The translations under genes were made by a program, and so were the position numbers. Below the pieces are notes generated by a model, which saw nothing but the letters and a program-made list of their open reading frames with translations, made no database searches and was not told where the DNA came from. A DNA stretch of 64,000 nt from Terriglobales bacterium (GTDB lineage Bacteria; Acidobacteriota; Terriglobia; Terriglobales; Acidobacteriaceae). The stretch is taken from positions 25,102 through 89,101 of the forward strand of contig DASRDJ010000381.1 in NCBI GenBank assembly GCA_035652655.1. The letters run 5' to 3'. Below are positions 1-9,611 of this stretch, piece by piece. Each line of letters begins with the position of its first letter. Within the stretch, counting starts at the first letter, position 1.

Positions 1-14
1 CGGTCGCCGACACT

Positions 15-200
15 GTGATTGAGGAATTGATTCGCAAATTTCCCGACTTTCGACTTGCCTACGTCGAAGACGGCCTAACGGTGGATGAGTTTGACTCGTT
101 CGGCCCTACGCGCAGAACCTTGCGGCAGTTCATTTCCGCTTGTCACGATCTCGATGGCTTGGTTCGCGATTTCCTCTTGCCGGATCCGGACGTATTGTAG
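15..200 (+). CDS. hypothetical protein, probably the 3-prime end of a gene that starts upstream of the window
   Basis: The frame is open from nt 3 to the stop at 198-200. The GTG at 15 is only the first in-window start. No motif recognised. Confidence 0.3.
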   Translation: MIEELIRKFPDFRLAYVEDGLTVDEFDSFGPTRRTLRQFISACHDLDGLVRDFLLPDPDVL

Positions 201-260
201 ACAAGGAGTTGCCACTCACTTGAGATAAAGTCGGTTCTGTTATCTTGATGTCGACCCCGT

Positions 261-1370
261 ATGGCCCGCCCTAAGAAGAACGCTTCAGGTTCCACGCCAA
301 AAGCTGCCAGCATCTCTGACGTTGCTCGTGAGTCTGGCGTATCGATCTTCACAGTTTCGGCTGTTGTCAATAACAAGAGCCACGTTAGGAAGAATCTGCG
401 TGAGCGCGTAGAGAACGCGATTCGTAAGCTCAACTATCGTCCGAATCTCATCGCGCGAAGCCTTATTAAACAGAAGACGCAGACCATCGGCATGATCGTG
501 CCTGACATTGCGAATCCATTCTTTCCAATGGTGGTTCGTGGGGCGGAAGATGCTGCGCTAAAACAGGGCTACAACCTTCTCCTCTGCAACAGCGACGACA
601 GCCTGACTAAGGAGGAGAGCGCGATCGAGTTGTTGTTGTCAAAGAGGGTTGACGGAATTCTGCTGACCAAGGCGGTGGGCGATCTGCGGCCGGAATTACG
701 GCAGATGATTAAGGAAGTGAATATTCCATTCGTACTGGTGATGCGAACCTATCCGCAATTAACCAAGGATGCAGTTATCACGGATGACTACCAGGGAGCC
801 TACGAGGCGGTTTGTCATCTCGCTCGTGCGGGTAGACGGCGCATAGGACTGATTAGCGGTCCGCTTAAGATCAGCAATGCCAAGGAGCGATGGCGTGGTT
901 TCCGCGACGCTCTGGAGGTGAATCACCTGACCTGCGATCCGGAGCTGGTTGTCGAGGGTGACTATCGCATTGAATCAGGTTTCCGCGCCGGACATGCTCT
1001 GCTCTCCCACCGTCCCGATGGTATTTATGTGGCGAATCATTTGATGACGATCGGATTACTAAAAGCCGTGGATGAAATGGGACTAAAGTGCCCGGAAGAC
1101 TTCGGACTAGTGAGCTTTGACGACTATCCATGGCTAAGCGTTTTCCGTCCACGACTAACGACGGTGGAGTTGCCCAAACACCAGCTCGGGAGTGAGGCTA
1201 CGGAACTATTGATCCAGAGGATCTCGGGCGATCACGGCAAACCCGTTCTAAAGAAGCTTTCTCCCGAACTCCGCATTCGTGAATCCTGCGGATTCGCACA
1301 TTTTGTTGCTCGAAGTCAGCAGTCGCCGTCGCTGGACGACAAACTGCCAGACATTGTTCGCACCTCGTAG
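261..1370 (+). CDS. LacI family transcriptional regulator
   Basis: N-terminal HTH (ISDVARESGVSIFTVSAVVNNKSHVRKNLRERVENAIRKLNYRPNLIARSL) followed by a periplasmic-binding-protein-like sugar-binding core, typical of LacI/GalR. Confidence 0.95.
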   Translation: MARPKKNASGSTPKAASISDVARESGVSIFTVSAVVNNKSHVRKNLRERVENAIRKLNYRPNLIARSLIKQKTQTIGMIVPDIANPFFPMVVRGAEDAALKQGYNLLLCNSDDSLTKEESAIELLLSKRVDGILLTKAVGDLRPELRQMIKEVNIPFVLVMRTYPQLTKDAVITDDYQGAYEAVCHLARAGRRRIGLISGPLKISNAKERWRGFRDALEVNHLTCDPELVVEGDYRIESGFRAGHALLSHRPDGIYVANHLMTIGLLKAVDEMGLKCPEDFGLVSFDDYPWLSVFRPRLTTVELPKHQLGSEATELLIQRISGDHGKPVLKKLSPELRIRESCGFAHFVARSQQSPSLDDKLPDIVRTS

Positions 1371-1397
1371 CTGTGTTGGCTGAAGCCTCGGGAGAGT

Positions 1398-2774
1398 TCA
1401 GGTCTCGTTGAAATTGAAGAGCTTTGGCCGCACAGTGAACATCCGCGTGCGGTACCCGGCATAGATCACACCGACCGCCAGCCACGCGAGTCCAGCGTAT
1501 TTTGTCCAAGTCTGAAGGCCAAGCAGCAGGACGAAGCAGAATACTGCGCCAAATGCCGGGAGGAATGCGTCTGCGAAAAAGCTCCTTGAACGCGATGAAG
1601 CTGCGAACCAGAAGTGCAGTAGCGCAACCAGATTGACCGCAGTGAAAGCAAGCAACGCGCCGAAGGTGACGATCTCCGCTGCGAGTTGCCATGGCACCGT
1701 CAGCACCGCCACATAGGCCACTATGCCGACGATCAACTCGTTGTAGACAGGGTTCCCTTTCTTCAGATTGAGGTGGGCGAACCATCTCTTGGGAAGGACG
1801 TCATCGCGACCCATGCTGTAGAGCAAGCGCGCCGCCCCGACGTGCCCCGCGAGTCCGCATGCGAGGCTTGAAACCAGCAGGACAACTCCATACGCAGCGA
1901 AAAGCAATGGTCCACCCGCGACCCGAGCGACATCCATAAATGCGGTTTCCGGATTTCGCAACGTGGTGTAGTCGGGCCAGACGCGCTGGGCCAAGTAGAC
2001 TTGCAGTCCGCTGAACAGCCCTGTAAATATGCAGACCAGCAGGGCGGCGAGAAGAACGTTGCGCTTCGGATTTTTCACTTCCTCAGCCAGAATCGAGACC
2101 CCGTCGAAGCCGATGAACACCAGTGCTGCGAAAGAAGTGCCCGCTGCTAATGCTCGGAGATTGAAGGTTTCCGGATTGTAGATAGGTTTAAAGGAAAACA
2201 ATGCATCGAACGATTGATGCAGAACTACATAATGGAATCCCTGGAACAAGAAAACCGCTGTGATAAGAGCCATGAACAGCAACAACAATTCGTTCGTGCG
2301 GGCGGTGAATTTGATGCCCTGGATTGCGGCCAGCGTGATGAACCCTACGATGATTGCTGCGAGGAATGCGAACGGAAGCCTTGGAACCAGGCGCTGGATC
2401 GCGAGAACCGCGTAGAGAGCATTTTGTATCGGCTGAAAAAGATATTCTAGAAACATTGCCCACCCAAGCACGAAGCCCACATGCGGATTCAAGGCCTGGC
2501 TGATGTAGGAATAAACCGACCCGGACGACGGATACACGTTCGCCATACGCCCGAAGCTGATGGCTGTCACGGACATCGCGACCATTGCGAGCAATAGCGT
2601 AGCCACGGTATGCCCGTGCGACAGCACTTGCGCTTCGCCGAAGAGAGGAACCGCGGCAATTGGAGAAGTCAGAATGATTCCGTAATAGATGAGATCCCAG
2701 AGGCTTAATACGCGCCTTAAATGAGGCGTGTTGGTTGGGTCAGGCCGATTTCGAACCGGAGTTTGTTGCGACAT
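1398..2774 (-). CDS. APC family amino acid/polyamine permease
   Basis: 458 aa and strongly hydrophobic throughout, about 12 TM segments. The N-terminal pattern LSLWDLIYYGIILTSPIAAVPLFG is typical of APC-superfamily transporters. Confidence 0.88.
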   Translation of the reverse strand: MSQQTPVRNRPDPTNTPHLRRVLSLWDLIYYGIILTSPIAAVPLFGEAQVLSHGHTVATLLLAMVAMSVTAISFGRMANVYPSSGSVYSYISQALNPHVGFVLGWAMFLEYLFQPIQNALYAVLAIQRLVPRLPFAFLAAIIVGFITLAAIQGIKFTARTNELLLLFMALITAVFLFQGFHYVVLHQSFDALFSFKPIYNPETFNLRALAAGTSFAALVFIGFDGVSILAEEVKNPKRNVLLAALLVCIFTGLFSGLQVYLAQRVWPDYTTLRNPETAFMDVARVAGGPLLFAAYGVVLLVSSLACGLAGHVGAARLLYSMGRDDVLPKRWFAHLNLKKGNPVYNELIVGIVAYVAVLTVPWQLAAEIVTFGALLAFTAVNLVALLHFWFAASSRSRSFFADAFLPAFGAVFCFVLLLGLQTWTKYAGLAWLAVGVIYAGYRTRMFTVRPKLFNFNET

Positions 2775-2789
2775 AACGTTATTAGAGGT

Positions 2790-4643
2790 CTATAAAAAGT
2801 AGCGTTCCTTCTTCAATGCGTCTTCGTACTTGCGGCGCGCTGCCTTCACGGTGTCGCTTTCGGATACTTCGGCTACCGGAACGTCCCACCACGCTTCATA
2901 GCCCGGCACTCTAGCGTCGTATGAGGTCTGGATAACAATGACTGACGTGAGCGGTTGCTTGCTGGCGGATGACAACGCCGATCGGAGTTCCTCGCTTGTT
3001 CGTGCGCGCGCGGTCCATGCGCCCAAACTCGCAGCATTCGCCTCGAAGTCGACAGTGATGGTCTCGCCATCGTACTTACCTTCCCGGCGCTGCCGATATT
3101 CCGTCCCGAGGCCGCTGTTACCAAGACTTCTGCTGAGACCTCCAATACTAGAAAAGCCGTGGTTGTCGAGTAAAACGACGTTGATCTTGAGGCCTTCCTG
3201 CAATGCCGTGACGATCTCTTGTGCCATCATTAGGTACGAGCCGTCGCCCACCAGTACATACACCTCGCGACTCGGATTCGCCATCTTCACTCCGAGGCCT
3301 CCGGCGATCTCGTAACCCATGCAGGAGTAGCCATACTCGAGGTGGTAGCCACCTGGCACCGATGTGCGCCACAACTTGTGGAGGTCTCCCGGCAAACTGC
3401 CGGCAGCGCATATCACAACATCTGTACCTTGCGCGAAGTCATTGACGGTTGCGATGACCTCCGCTTGTGTAATTGGAGGATCCTTGCGAGCGCTTTGAAC
3501 GCGATCGACTTCCGTCTTCCACTCATCCCTCAGAGCCGCGACTGTTGCGCGATAGGCTTCGTCAATCCTGAACGTGCCAATCGCTTGCTTCAGTTCGTCC
3601 AGGGTAACGAGGGCATCTCCGACCAGCGCTGTCGCGGCATGCTTGTACGCATCAATTTCTGCGACGTTGATGTTGATGAACCGGACCGCCGAATTTTGAA
3701 AGGCGGTTTTCGACGAGGTTGTGAAATCGCTGTAACGTGTGCCAATACCGAGGACCAGATCGGCTTCCCGAGCCAGAATGTTTGCACTCGAAGATCCGGT
3801 CGCGCCGATCGCGCCAACATTTTGTGGGTGATCATGGGGCAGGCAACCTTTGCCCGCTTGGGTTTCACACACAGGGATTCCGGTCGATTCAGCGAACAGC
3901 CGAAGAGCAGCGGTCGCTTCGGAATAGAGGACTCCGCCACCAGCCACGATCAGTGGCTTTTTGGCAGTGACCAGCCACTGGCCCGCAGCGGCCAGCACCC
4001 CGCTATCGCACCTCGCACGCGGGATTGCCCACACGCGCTTGCGAAAGAATTCTTCCGGATAGTCAAAGGCTTCCGCCTGGACGTCTTGCGGCAGGCAAAG
4101 CGTCACCGCACCAGTGTCGGCCGGAGAGGTCAGAACCCGGAGAGCCTCGGGGAGAGAAGTCAGAAGTTGTTCCGGTCGACAGATCCGATCCCAATATCGA
4201 GAAACGGGCTTGAAGCAATCGTTCACGGAAATGTCTTGCGTCTCACGCGATTCCAGCTGCTGTAAAACCGGCGCCACATTTCGTTTCGCGAAAATGTCTC
4301 CGGGCAAAAGCAGGACAGGAAGCCGGTTGATTGTCGCTCCCGCCGCGCCCGTCAGCATGTTGGTCGCTCCGGGACCGATAGAACTCGTGCAGATCATTGC
4401 TCTTGTTCGAAAAGATGCTTTCGCGAACGCAGCCGCCGCATGCACCATGGCCTGTTCGTTGCGGAAAAGGTAATAAGGCATTCCCGGGTCCTGCTCGAGA
4501 GCCTGCCCGATGCCCGCAACATTCCCGTGGCCGAAGATGCCAAAACAACCTTCCAAGAATCGAAGCTGCACTCCGTCCCGTTCAACATACTGATTCTTGA
4601 GGAAGGAGATAAGGGCTTGGGCGCAGGTCAGTCTTTTGCTCAT
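2790..4643 (-). CDS. iolD: 3D-(3,5/4)-trihydroxycyclohexane-1,2-dione acylhydrolase (TPP-dependent, IolD)
   Basis: Collinear by eye with B. subtilis IolD from the N-terminus (LTCAQALISFLKNQYVERDG...FGHGNVAGIGQALEQ) to the C-terminus (WWDVPVAEVSE). TPP motif GDGSYLMMAQE...LLDNHG is present. Confidence 0.93.
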   Translation of the reverse strand: MSKRLTCAQALISFLKNQYVERDGVQLRFLEGCFGIFGHGNVAGIGQALEQDPGMPYYLFRNEQAMVHAAAAFAKASFRTRAMICTSSIGPGATNMLTGAAGATINRLPVLLLPGDIFAKRNVAPVLQQLESRETQDISVNDCFKPVSRYWDRICRPEQLLTSLPEALRVLTSPADTGAVTLCLPQDVQAEAFDYPEEFFRKRVWAIPRARCDSGVLAAAGQWLVTAKKPLIVAGGGVLYSEATAALRLFAESTGIPVCETQAGKGCLPHDHPQNVGAIGATGSSSANILAREADLVLGIGTRYSDFTTSSKTAFQNSAVRFININVAEIDAYKHAATALVGDALVTLDELKQAIGTFRIDEAYRATVAALRDEWKTEVDRVQSARKDPPITQAEVIATVNDFAQGTDVVICAAGSLPGDLHKLWRTSVPGGYHLEYGYSCMGYEIAGGLGVKMANPSREVYVLVGDGSYLMMAQEIVTALQEGLKINVVLLDNHGFSSIGGLSRSLGNSGLGTEYRQRREGKYDGETITVDFEANAASLGAWTARARTSEELRSALSSASKQPLTSVIVIQTSYDARVPGYEAWWDVPVAEVSESDTVKAARRKYEDALKKERYFL

Positions 4644-4755
4644 GTGGGTGCTCGTCTGGGGCTTTCGGGGGGGCGTCCACTCCGATCTTCCGAATTGCCG
4701 ACGACATCATATCTGCGCGGCCAAAATCAGGCGAACCCGTTGCTGTTCGTCCCTG

Positions 4756-5694
4756 CTATTCGCGTACGAGCGGTAGGCGAGGATCGGGTTTTCCCCAGTT
4801 GGAGCGGATCCAAGTATGTTGAGCATCGTCGGTCACTGCCAAATCACGCGAGGTTCCGGCTAGAAAATTGAGATAGTACGCGTCATAGCCCGGACCGGCA
4901 ACGACGGTGTGATAACCACTGCGGACCAATACCACATCGCCATCCTTGGCCTTCACAGTGCACTCGCTCTCGTGTTTGCCTCCGTAGAGATGTTGGAAGG
5001 CGAATCCGCTGGGATCAGCAATTCGGAAGTAGTAGATCTCGTCCAAGTCCACTTCGGCGGGCGGATTGTGAGTGTCGTGTTTGTGGGGTGGATAGCTCGA
5101 CCAGTTTCCGCCAGGAGTATAAACCTCGATCACGACGAGTTTGTCAGCTGGGAAGGCCGGCGAGATGATGTCCACGATCTGGCGAGATGCGTTACCTCCG
5201 CCTCGAAGCGAACTGCTGACGTTTGAGGGTTTAACCAAAACGGGGTCCAGCCGTGCTGTGGAGGGCACTCGACATTCCGCGATCTCGCACGTCGACTCAG
5301 CAATGAAAGAGGCGCCACTTTGCGCGGGTAGGTACAGCGTATAGGGAAGTCCATCAAAGACATTCTTGCGCCGGCCTATGGGCTCTTTGCCATTTCCCCA
5401 ATCGCAAAGACAGGTGCCGCCCAACAGAACCAGCGCCGCCTCTTCTTGCTCGGTCTGAACTTTAAAGATGTCACCCGGCTGTAGGCGTCGGGTCAAAAAA
5501 CTCATCCATTCCCAGTGCGCTTCCTGCCGGGGCAGGCGGACGAGATCGCCCGATTGTCCGGGAGGCAGCTTCAAGGAATGAACAACAACCGTACTGTCGG
5601 ACAAGTTGTCTCCCGCGGCCGCTCGCTCTGCTTCTCTGACAATGCTCTTAGTTCTAAGCGCTATGAATATTGCAAATGAAAGAAAGATTGTCAA
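4756..5694 (-). CDS. iolB: 5-deoxy-glucuronate isomerase (IolB)
   Basis: IolB cupin signature VIEVYTPGGNWSSYPPHKHD and a C-terminal YYLNFLAGTSR. The first ~30 codons of the ORF look like a spurious hydrophobic extension; an in-frame TTG near 5604 is an alternative start. Confidence 0.88.
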   Translation of the reverse strand: MTIFLSFAIFIALRTKSIVREAERAAAGDNLSDSTVVVHSLKLPPGQSGDLVRLPRQEAHWEWMSFLTRRLQPGDIFKVQTEQEEAALVLLGGTCLCDWGNGKEPIGRRKNVFDGLPYTLYLPAQSGASFIAESTCEIAECRVPSTARLDPVLVKPSNVSSSLRGGGNASRQIVDIISPAFPADKLVVIEVYTPGGNWSSYPPHKHDTHNPPAEVDLDEIYYFRIADPSGFAFQHLYGGKHESECTVKAKDGDVVLVRSGYHTVVAGPGYDAYYLNFLAGTSRDLAVTDDAQHTWIRSNWGKPDPRLPLVRE

Positions 5695-5892
5695 TATTCA
5701 ACTGGAACTTCGGGAGCCCATGTGCCCGTCGTTCTTGCGGCGACGAACCGCATGCCTCTTTAACTCATGCGCAATAGTCCTGTGATATGTTGTCATCCTT
5801 TGGTTTGCTTCGTCGAGATTGACCGTCTTCCTCTGGCTAAAACACCCGACGGATGACCGCAAGAATATGCGCCAGGTAAGCAAAAGTTTAAC

Positions 5893-5921
5893 TTGACCCG
5901 CTGAGCATTCACTGATATAAA
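5893..5921 (+). promoter_or_regulatory. candidate sigma70-type promoter for the TonB-dependent receptor gene
   Basis: TTGACC (5893-5898), 17-nt spacer, TATAAA (5916-5921), about 60 nt upstream of the ATG at 5981 in an AT-rich stretch. Confidence 0.45.
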
Positions 5922-5980
5922 GCCCGATTTATAATCGTTTAGAAATAGAAAAGTTGATTCGCCGAAGCTCGGGAGGGAAC

Positions 5981-8900
5981 ATGAAGCGAATTGCTGGAAC
6001 TAGCAACCGGGGGGCGCTTCGAGTGAAGCTCCATGGAGTTTTGAAAACCGTCTGCGGGCTTTCCATGGCCGCTATCGTGACTGTCCTGTGTCTGAGCCTT
6101 TGGTCCCACGCCAAAGTAGCCGCGGGAATTTCCGGGACGATCACCGATGAAAGCGGAGCTGTAGTTGGGGGTGCCACGATCCAGGTCACGGACACGGATA
6201 CCGGAATCGTGACCACCCGTCAGACGAACGCCGATGGCTTCTATGCTTTCGTCGATCTGCCTCCGGGCCACTACGATCTCGAAGTGATGCAATCTGGGTT
6301 CAATACCTTCCGACAAAAGACGATCGTGCTCGATGTGGATTCTGCCAAGGTGTTCAACATCAAGCTCAACGTCGGTCAGGTCAACGAAAAAGTGGAAGTG
6401 TCCACCGATGCTGTGCAGTTGGATACGGCGAGTACTCAACTGGGTGAAGTGATCACGGCACGCACCATTACCGCCGTGCCCTTGGTTACAAGAAGCTACA
6501 CAGATCTCCTGGCGCTGCAGCCGGGTGTTAGCCCTATTTCATCGGGCCTGGCCGGAGGCCAAGGCGGTCAATTCAGTGCGACCGGCTTTACATTCACGCC
6601 GATTTCCGGAGACTTGAATGCGGGCAACCTGTCAGTGAACGGACAGCGTGAATCGTCGAACGGTTTTCTGCTGAACGGCACGACCGTTCAAGAATTCGCA
6701 TTCTCGGGAGCGGGGATCATCCCCAATCTTGACTCCATTGCCGAGTTTCGCATCGTCACCAATAACTTTGATGCTGAGTACGGCAACTATGCCGGCGGAC
6801 AGATCAACGTCATCACCAAGTCGGGCGCAAACCGATTTCACGGAAGCGCTTTTGAGTTCTTGAGAAACCGGTCGTTTGACGCCCGAAACTATTTCGCCAA
6901 AGTTCGAGACGACCACAAGCAAAACGAATTCGGAGGTACGTTCGGCGGTCCCATCGTAAAAGACAAGCTGTTTTTCTTTGCGGACTATCAGGGGAATCGC
7001 GTCATCCTCGGCCAGGGTGGGAGCACGGGCAGCAAGACGGTACCTTCGAATGCTATGCGTGGGGGCGACTTTTCAGCAGTAGACGTAGCCAACACTCTCA
7101 CCGGGACTGTGCAGGGCCCGGCTTGGGCGCAGCAACTGTCCACGACTCTCGGATATGCCGTGACCGCAGGTGAGCCGTATTACTTCACAGGTTGTACTTC
7201 CGCCCAGTGCGTCTTTCCGGGTGCTCAGATTCCAACCACTGCGTTTACCGTACCCTCCACGAATTTATTGCAATACGTACCCCCACCGAATGCGGGGGAG
7301 TTCAGCTTCTTGGCCGTCGTTCCGCCCACCCGCCTTCGGGACGACAAAACCAGTGGACGCGTTGACTACAACTCGCACATGGGCTTGCTCAGTGCCTATT
7401 ATTTCTTTGATCAATATCGTCAGAGTGTGCCCAACGTGTTCCTCGCCGGATTCGGCAGCGACTACACGGGGCGTTCGCAAGTTGTGAACATCGGGAATTC
7501 AAAGACCCTTGGACCGTGGTCGGTGAATGAATTGCGCTTTGGTTTCACGCGCCTGAAATTCCTCATTCACAAGCCGACTGGAGGCACAGGCGTCACGCCC
7601 AGGTCTCTCGGCTTTGAAGAAGGTCCCGATACACTCGGCATCTCTCCATCGCTTCCGCAGTACGCGCACGTCCCGAACATCCATCTCAACAACGATCTGT
7701 CCTTTGGTGCCTCCGGTGGCCCCTTGGGTGTCACCGAAACTACTTACCAGATCATGGACAACTTCAGCCGCGTGATCAGCACGCACACGCTGACGTTCGG
7801 AGGGCAGTTCCGCTACAACCAGCTGACGGAGTACAACGGCGGATCGAATGGTGACTTCACCTTCAACGGCGCCGAAACGGGGAGCGATTTTGCTGATTTC
7901 CTGATCGGCGCCCCCACCAGCTATTCTCAAGGCCAGGGCTTCCCCTCCTATGGACGTTCTCGCTACTTTGGCCTTTTTGCCCAGGACAGCTGGCGCGTCA
8001 AGTCGAACATTACCCTCAACTACGGTTTGCGTTGGGATGTGAGCCGCCCCTGGTCTGAAAAGAACGGCCAACTCGAAACACTGGTGCCCGGCCTCCAATC
8101 CACCAGGTTCCCCGGGTCTCCTGTCGGTTGGGTTTTCCCGGGCGACCCGGGCATCGCCAGTACTCTCGCGCCGACGCGCTACAACAACTTTGCGCCCCGT
8201 ATCGGACTCGCCTATTCGCCCAACTTCGAAAGCGGACTTCTGCACACGCTGACAGGCGGTAGCGGCAAGACGAGCATACGTCTGGGATGGGGCAAGTTCT
8301 ACAGCACCTTCGAGGGTGCGACCAACTTCAACGAGATCGGAGACGCGCCCTTCGGAATCTTTTACGGCAGTCCCGTTCCGCCACAATTCGTGACGCCCTT
8401 CGTAGATCGCGGCACTGGCAACATCGAAGGCCAGCGATTCCCAGTCGCGTTGCCCACTACCGGCACGCCGATCAATTGGGCCAATTTCTTGCCTATCGGC
8501 ACGTCTCCCGCCTTTTACTACAAGAATGTGTTGCCGTACACGGAGGAATATCAGTTGTCGATTGAGCGGCAACTGGGCCATGCCACGCTGCTCACGGCGA
8601 GCTATGTCGGAACGCAAGGGCATCATTTGATGTCTTCACTGGAAGCGAACCCCGGCAATCCGGCCCTGTGCTTGAGTGTGAGCCAGCTGAGCCAGGTCAC
8701 CGACAACCATACCTGCGGGCCGAACGGTGAAAACGGGGTCTACCATCCCGTCACCGGAGGCACGATTAACAGTACGCGCGGTCCTTTCGGCCCCGCTTTC
8801 TCCAGCGACGGCTACTTCATCACCACTGGACAATCGAGCTACAATTCGCTGCAGTTAAGCTTGCGGGAACGCATCTCAAAGCTGGAATTTCTTGCGGGCT

Positions 8901-9568
8901 ATACGTACTCCAAATCTACCGACAACGGCTCTGGCTACGGCGAGCAACTCAATCCACTCAACCCCGGTCTTCGATCTCTTTCGGCGTTCGATCTGAGACA
9001 CAACTTCGTTCTCAGCTACGATTACCAGTTACCCTTCGATCATTTTGGAGGACCGAGTCTGTTGGTGAAAGGCTGGCGCTTGAGCGGCATCACCAGATTT
9101 GCAACCGGCTTGCCCGTCACTCTCGTGGAAACTGATGACAATTCGCTGCTCGGCACTTCTAGTGCGGGCGCGATCTCGCTTCCGGTCGATACGCCAAATT
9201 ACACTCCCGGTTCGTTAAACATCAGCGACCCTCGAAATCGACAAAAGCCGTACTTCAATACGTCGCTATTTACCCCGGAGGCACTGGGCACCCTGGGCAA
9301 TGCTCGCCGACGCTTCTTCGCCGGTCCCGGTCTCAACAACTGGGACATCGCACTCTTGAAGGACACCGCAATCAAGGAAGGCATGAACCTCGAATTCCGT
9401 GCGGAGTTATTCAACGCATTCAACCATACACAGTTTGGACAGCCCGATGGCAATATCACCGACACCCAGCAAACCGATCCTGACGGACGCATTACGGGGG
9501 GATTCGGTGCAATTACAACCGCCAATCCGCCACGAATCGTACAATTCTCGCTAAAGTTGCTCTTCTAA
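5981..9568 (+). CDS. TonB-dependent receptor with N-terminal carboxypeptidase-regulatory-like domain
   Basis: ATG at 5981 preceded by GGGAGGG. Signal peptide, then a CarboxypepD_reg-like segment (ISGTITDESGAVVGGATIQVTDTDTG...YAFVDLPPGHYDLEV). About 1,190 aa, beta-rich, ending in the outer-membrane-type ...FSLKLLF. The track ORF begins at a TTG at 5954. Confidence 0.9.
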   Translation: MKRIAGTSNRGALRVKLHGVLKTVCGLSMAAIVTVLCLSLWSHAKVAAGISGTITDESGAVVGGATIQVTDTDTGIVTTRQTNADGFYAFVDLPPGHYDLEVMQSGFNTFRQKTIVLDVDSAKVFNIKLNVGQVNEKVEVSTDAVQLDTASTQLGEVITARTITAVPLVTRSYTDLLALQPGVSPISSGLAGGQGGQFSATGFTFTPISGDLNAGNLSVNGQRESSNGFLLNGTTVQEFAFSGAGIIPNLDSIAEFRIVTNNFDAEYGNYAGGQINVITKSGANRFHGSAFEFLRNRSFDARNYFAKVRDDHKQNEFGGTFGGPIVKDKLFFFADYQGNRVILGQGGSTGSKTVPSNAMRGGDFSAVDVANTLTGTVQGPAWAQQLSTTLGYAVTAGEPYYFTGCTSAQCVFPGAQIPTTAFTVPSTNLLQYVPPPNAGEFSFLAVVPPTRLRDDKTSGRVDYNSHMGLLSAYYFFDQYRQSVPNVFLAGFGSDYTGRSQVVNIGNSKTLGPWSVNELRFGFTRLKFLIHKPTGGTGVTPRSLGFEEGPDTLGISPSLPQYAHVPNIHLNNDLSFGASGGPLGVTETTYQIMDNFSRVISTHTLTFGGQFRYNQLTEYNGGSNGDFTFNGAETGSDFADFLIGAPTSYSQGQGFPSYGRSRYFGLFAQDSWRVKSNITLNYGLRWDVSRPWSEKNGQLETLVPGLQSTRFPGSPVGWVFPGDPGIASTLAPTRYNNFAPRIGLAYSPNFESGLLHTLTGGSGKTSIRLGWGKFYSTFEGATNFNEIGDAPFGIFYGSPVPPQFVTPFVDRGTGNIEGQRFPVALPTTGTPINWANFLPIGTSPAFYYKNVLPYTEEYQLSIERQLGHATLLTASYVGTQGHHLMSSLEANPGNPALCLSVSQLSQVTDNHTCGPNGENGVYHPVTGGTINSTRGPFGPAFSSDGYFITTGQSSYNSLQLSLRERISKLEFLAGYTYSKSTDNGSGYGEQLNPLNPGLRSLSAFDLRHNFVLSYDYQLPFDHFGGPSLLVKGWRLSGITRFATGLPVTLVETDDNSLLGTSSAGAISLPVDTPNYTPGSLNISDPRNRQKPYFNTSLFTPEALGTLGNARRRFFAGPGLNNWDIALLKDTAIKEGMNLEFRAELFNAFNHTQFGQPDGNITDTQQTDPDGRITGGFGAITTANPPRIVQFSLKLLF

Positions 9569-9611
9569 AATGACCGGCTGAACTTGGGAGAAAACGTCCA
9601 TCGACTCAAAC

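Noticed and set aside
3342-4265. 307-aa ORF antisense to iolD, plus several shorter ORFs at 2873-4600
   Set aside because: The IolD frame is collinear with the known enzyme over its whole length. The antisense products are Arg/Ser/Cys-rich and motif-free.
7499-8626. 375-aa ORF antisense to the TonB-dependent receptor gene
   Set aside because: It lies entirely inside a well-supported CDS. Its Arg/Ala/Gly-rich composition is typical of antisense frames in GC-rich DNA, and it has no motif and no RBS.
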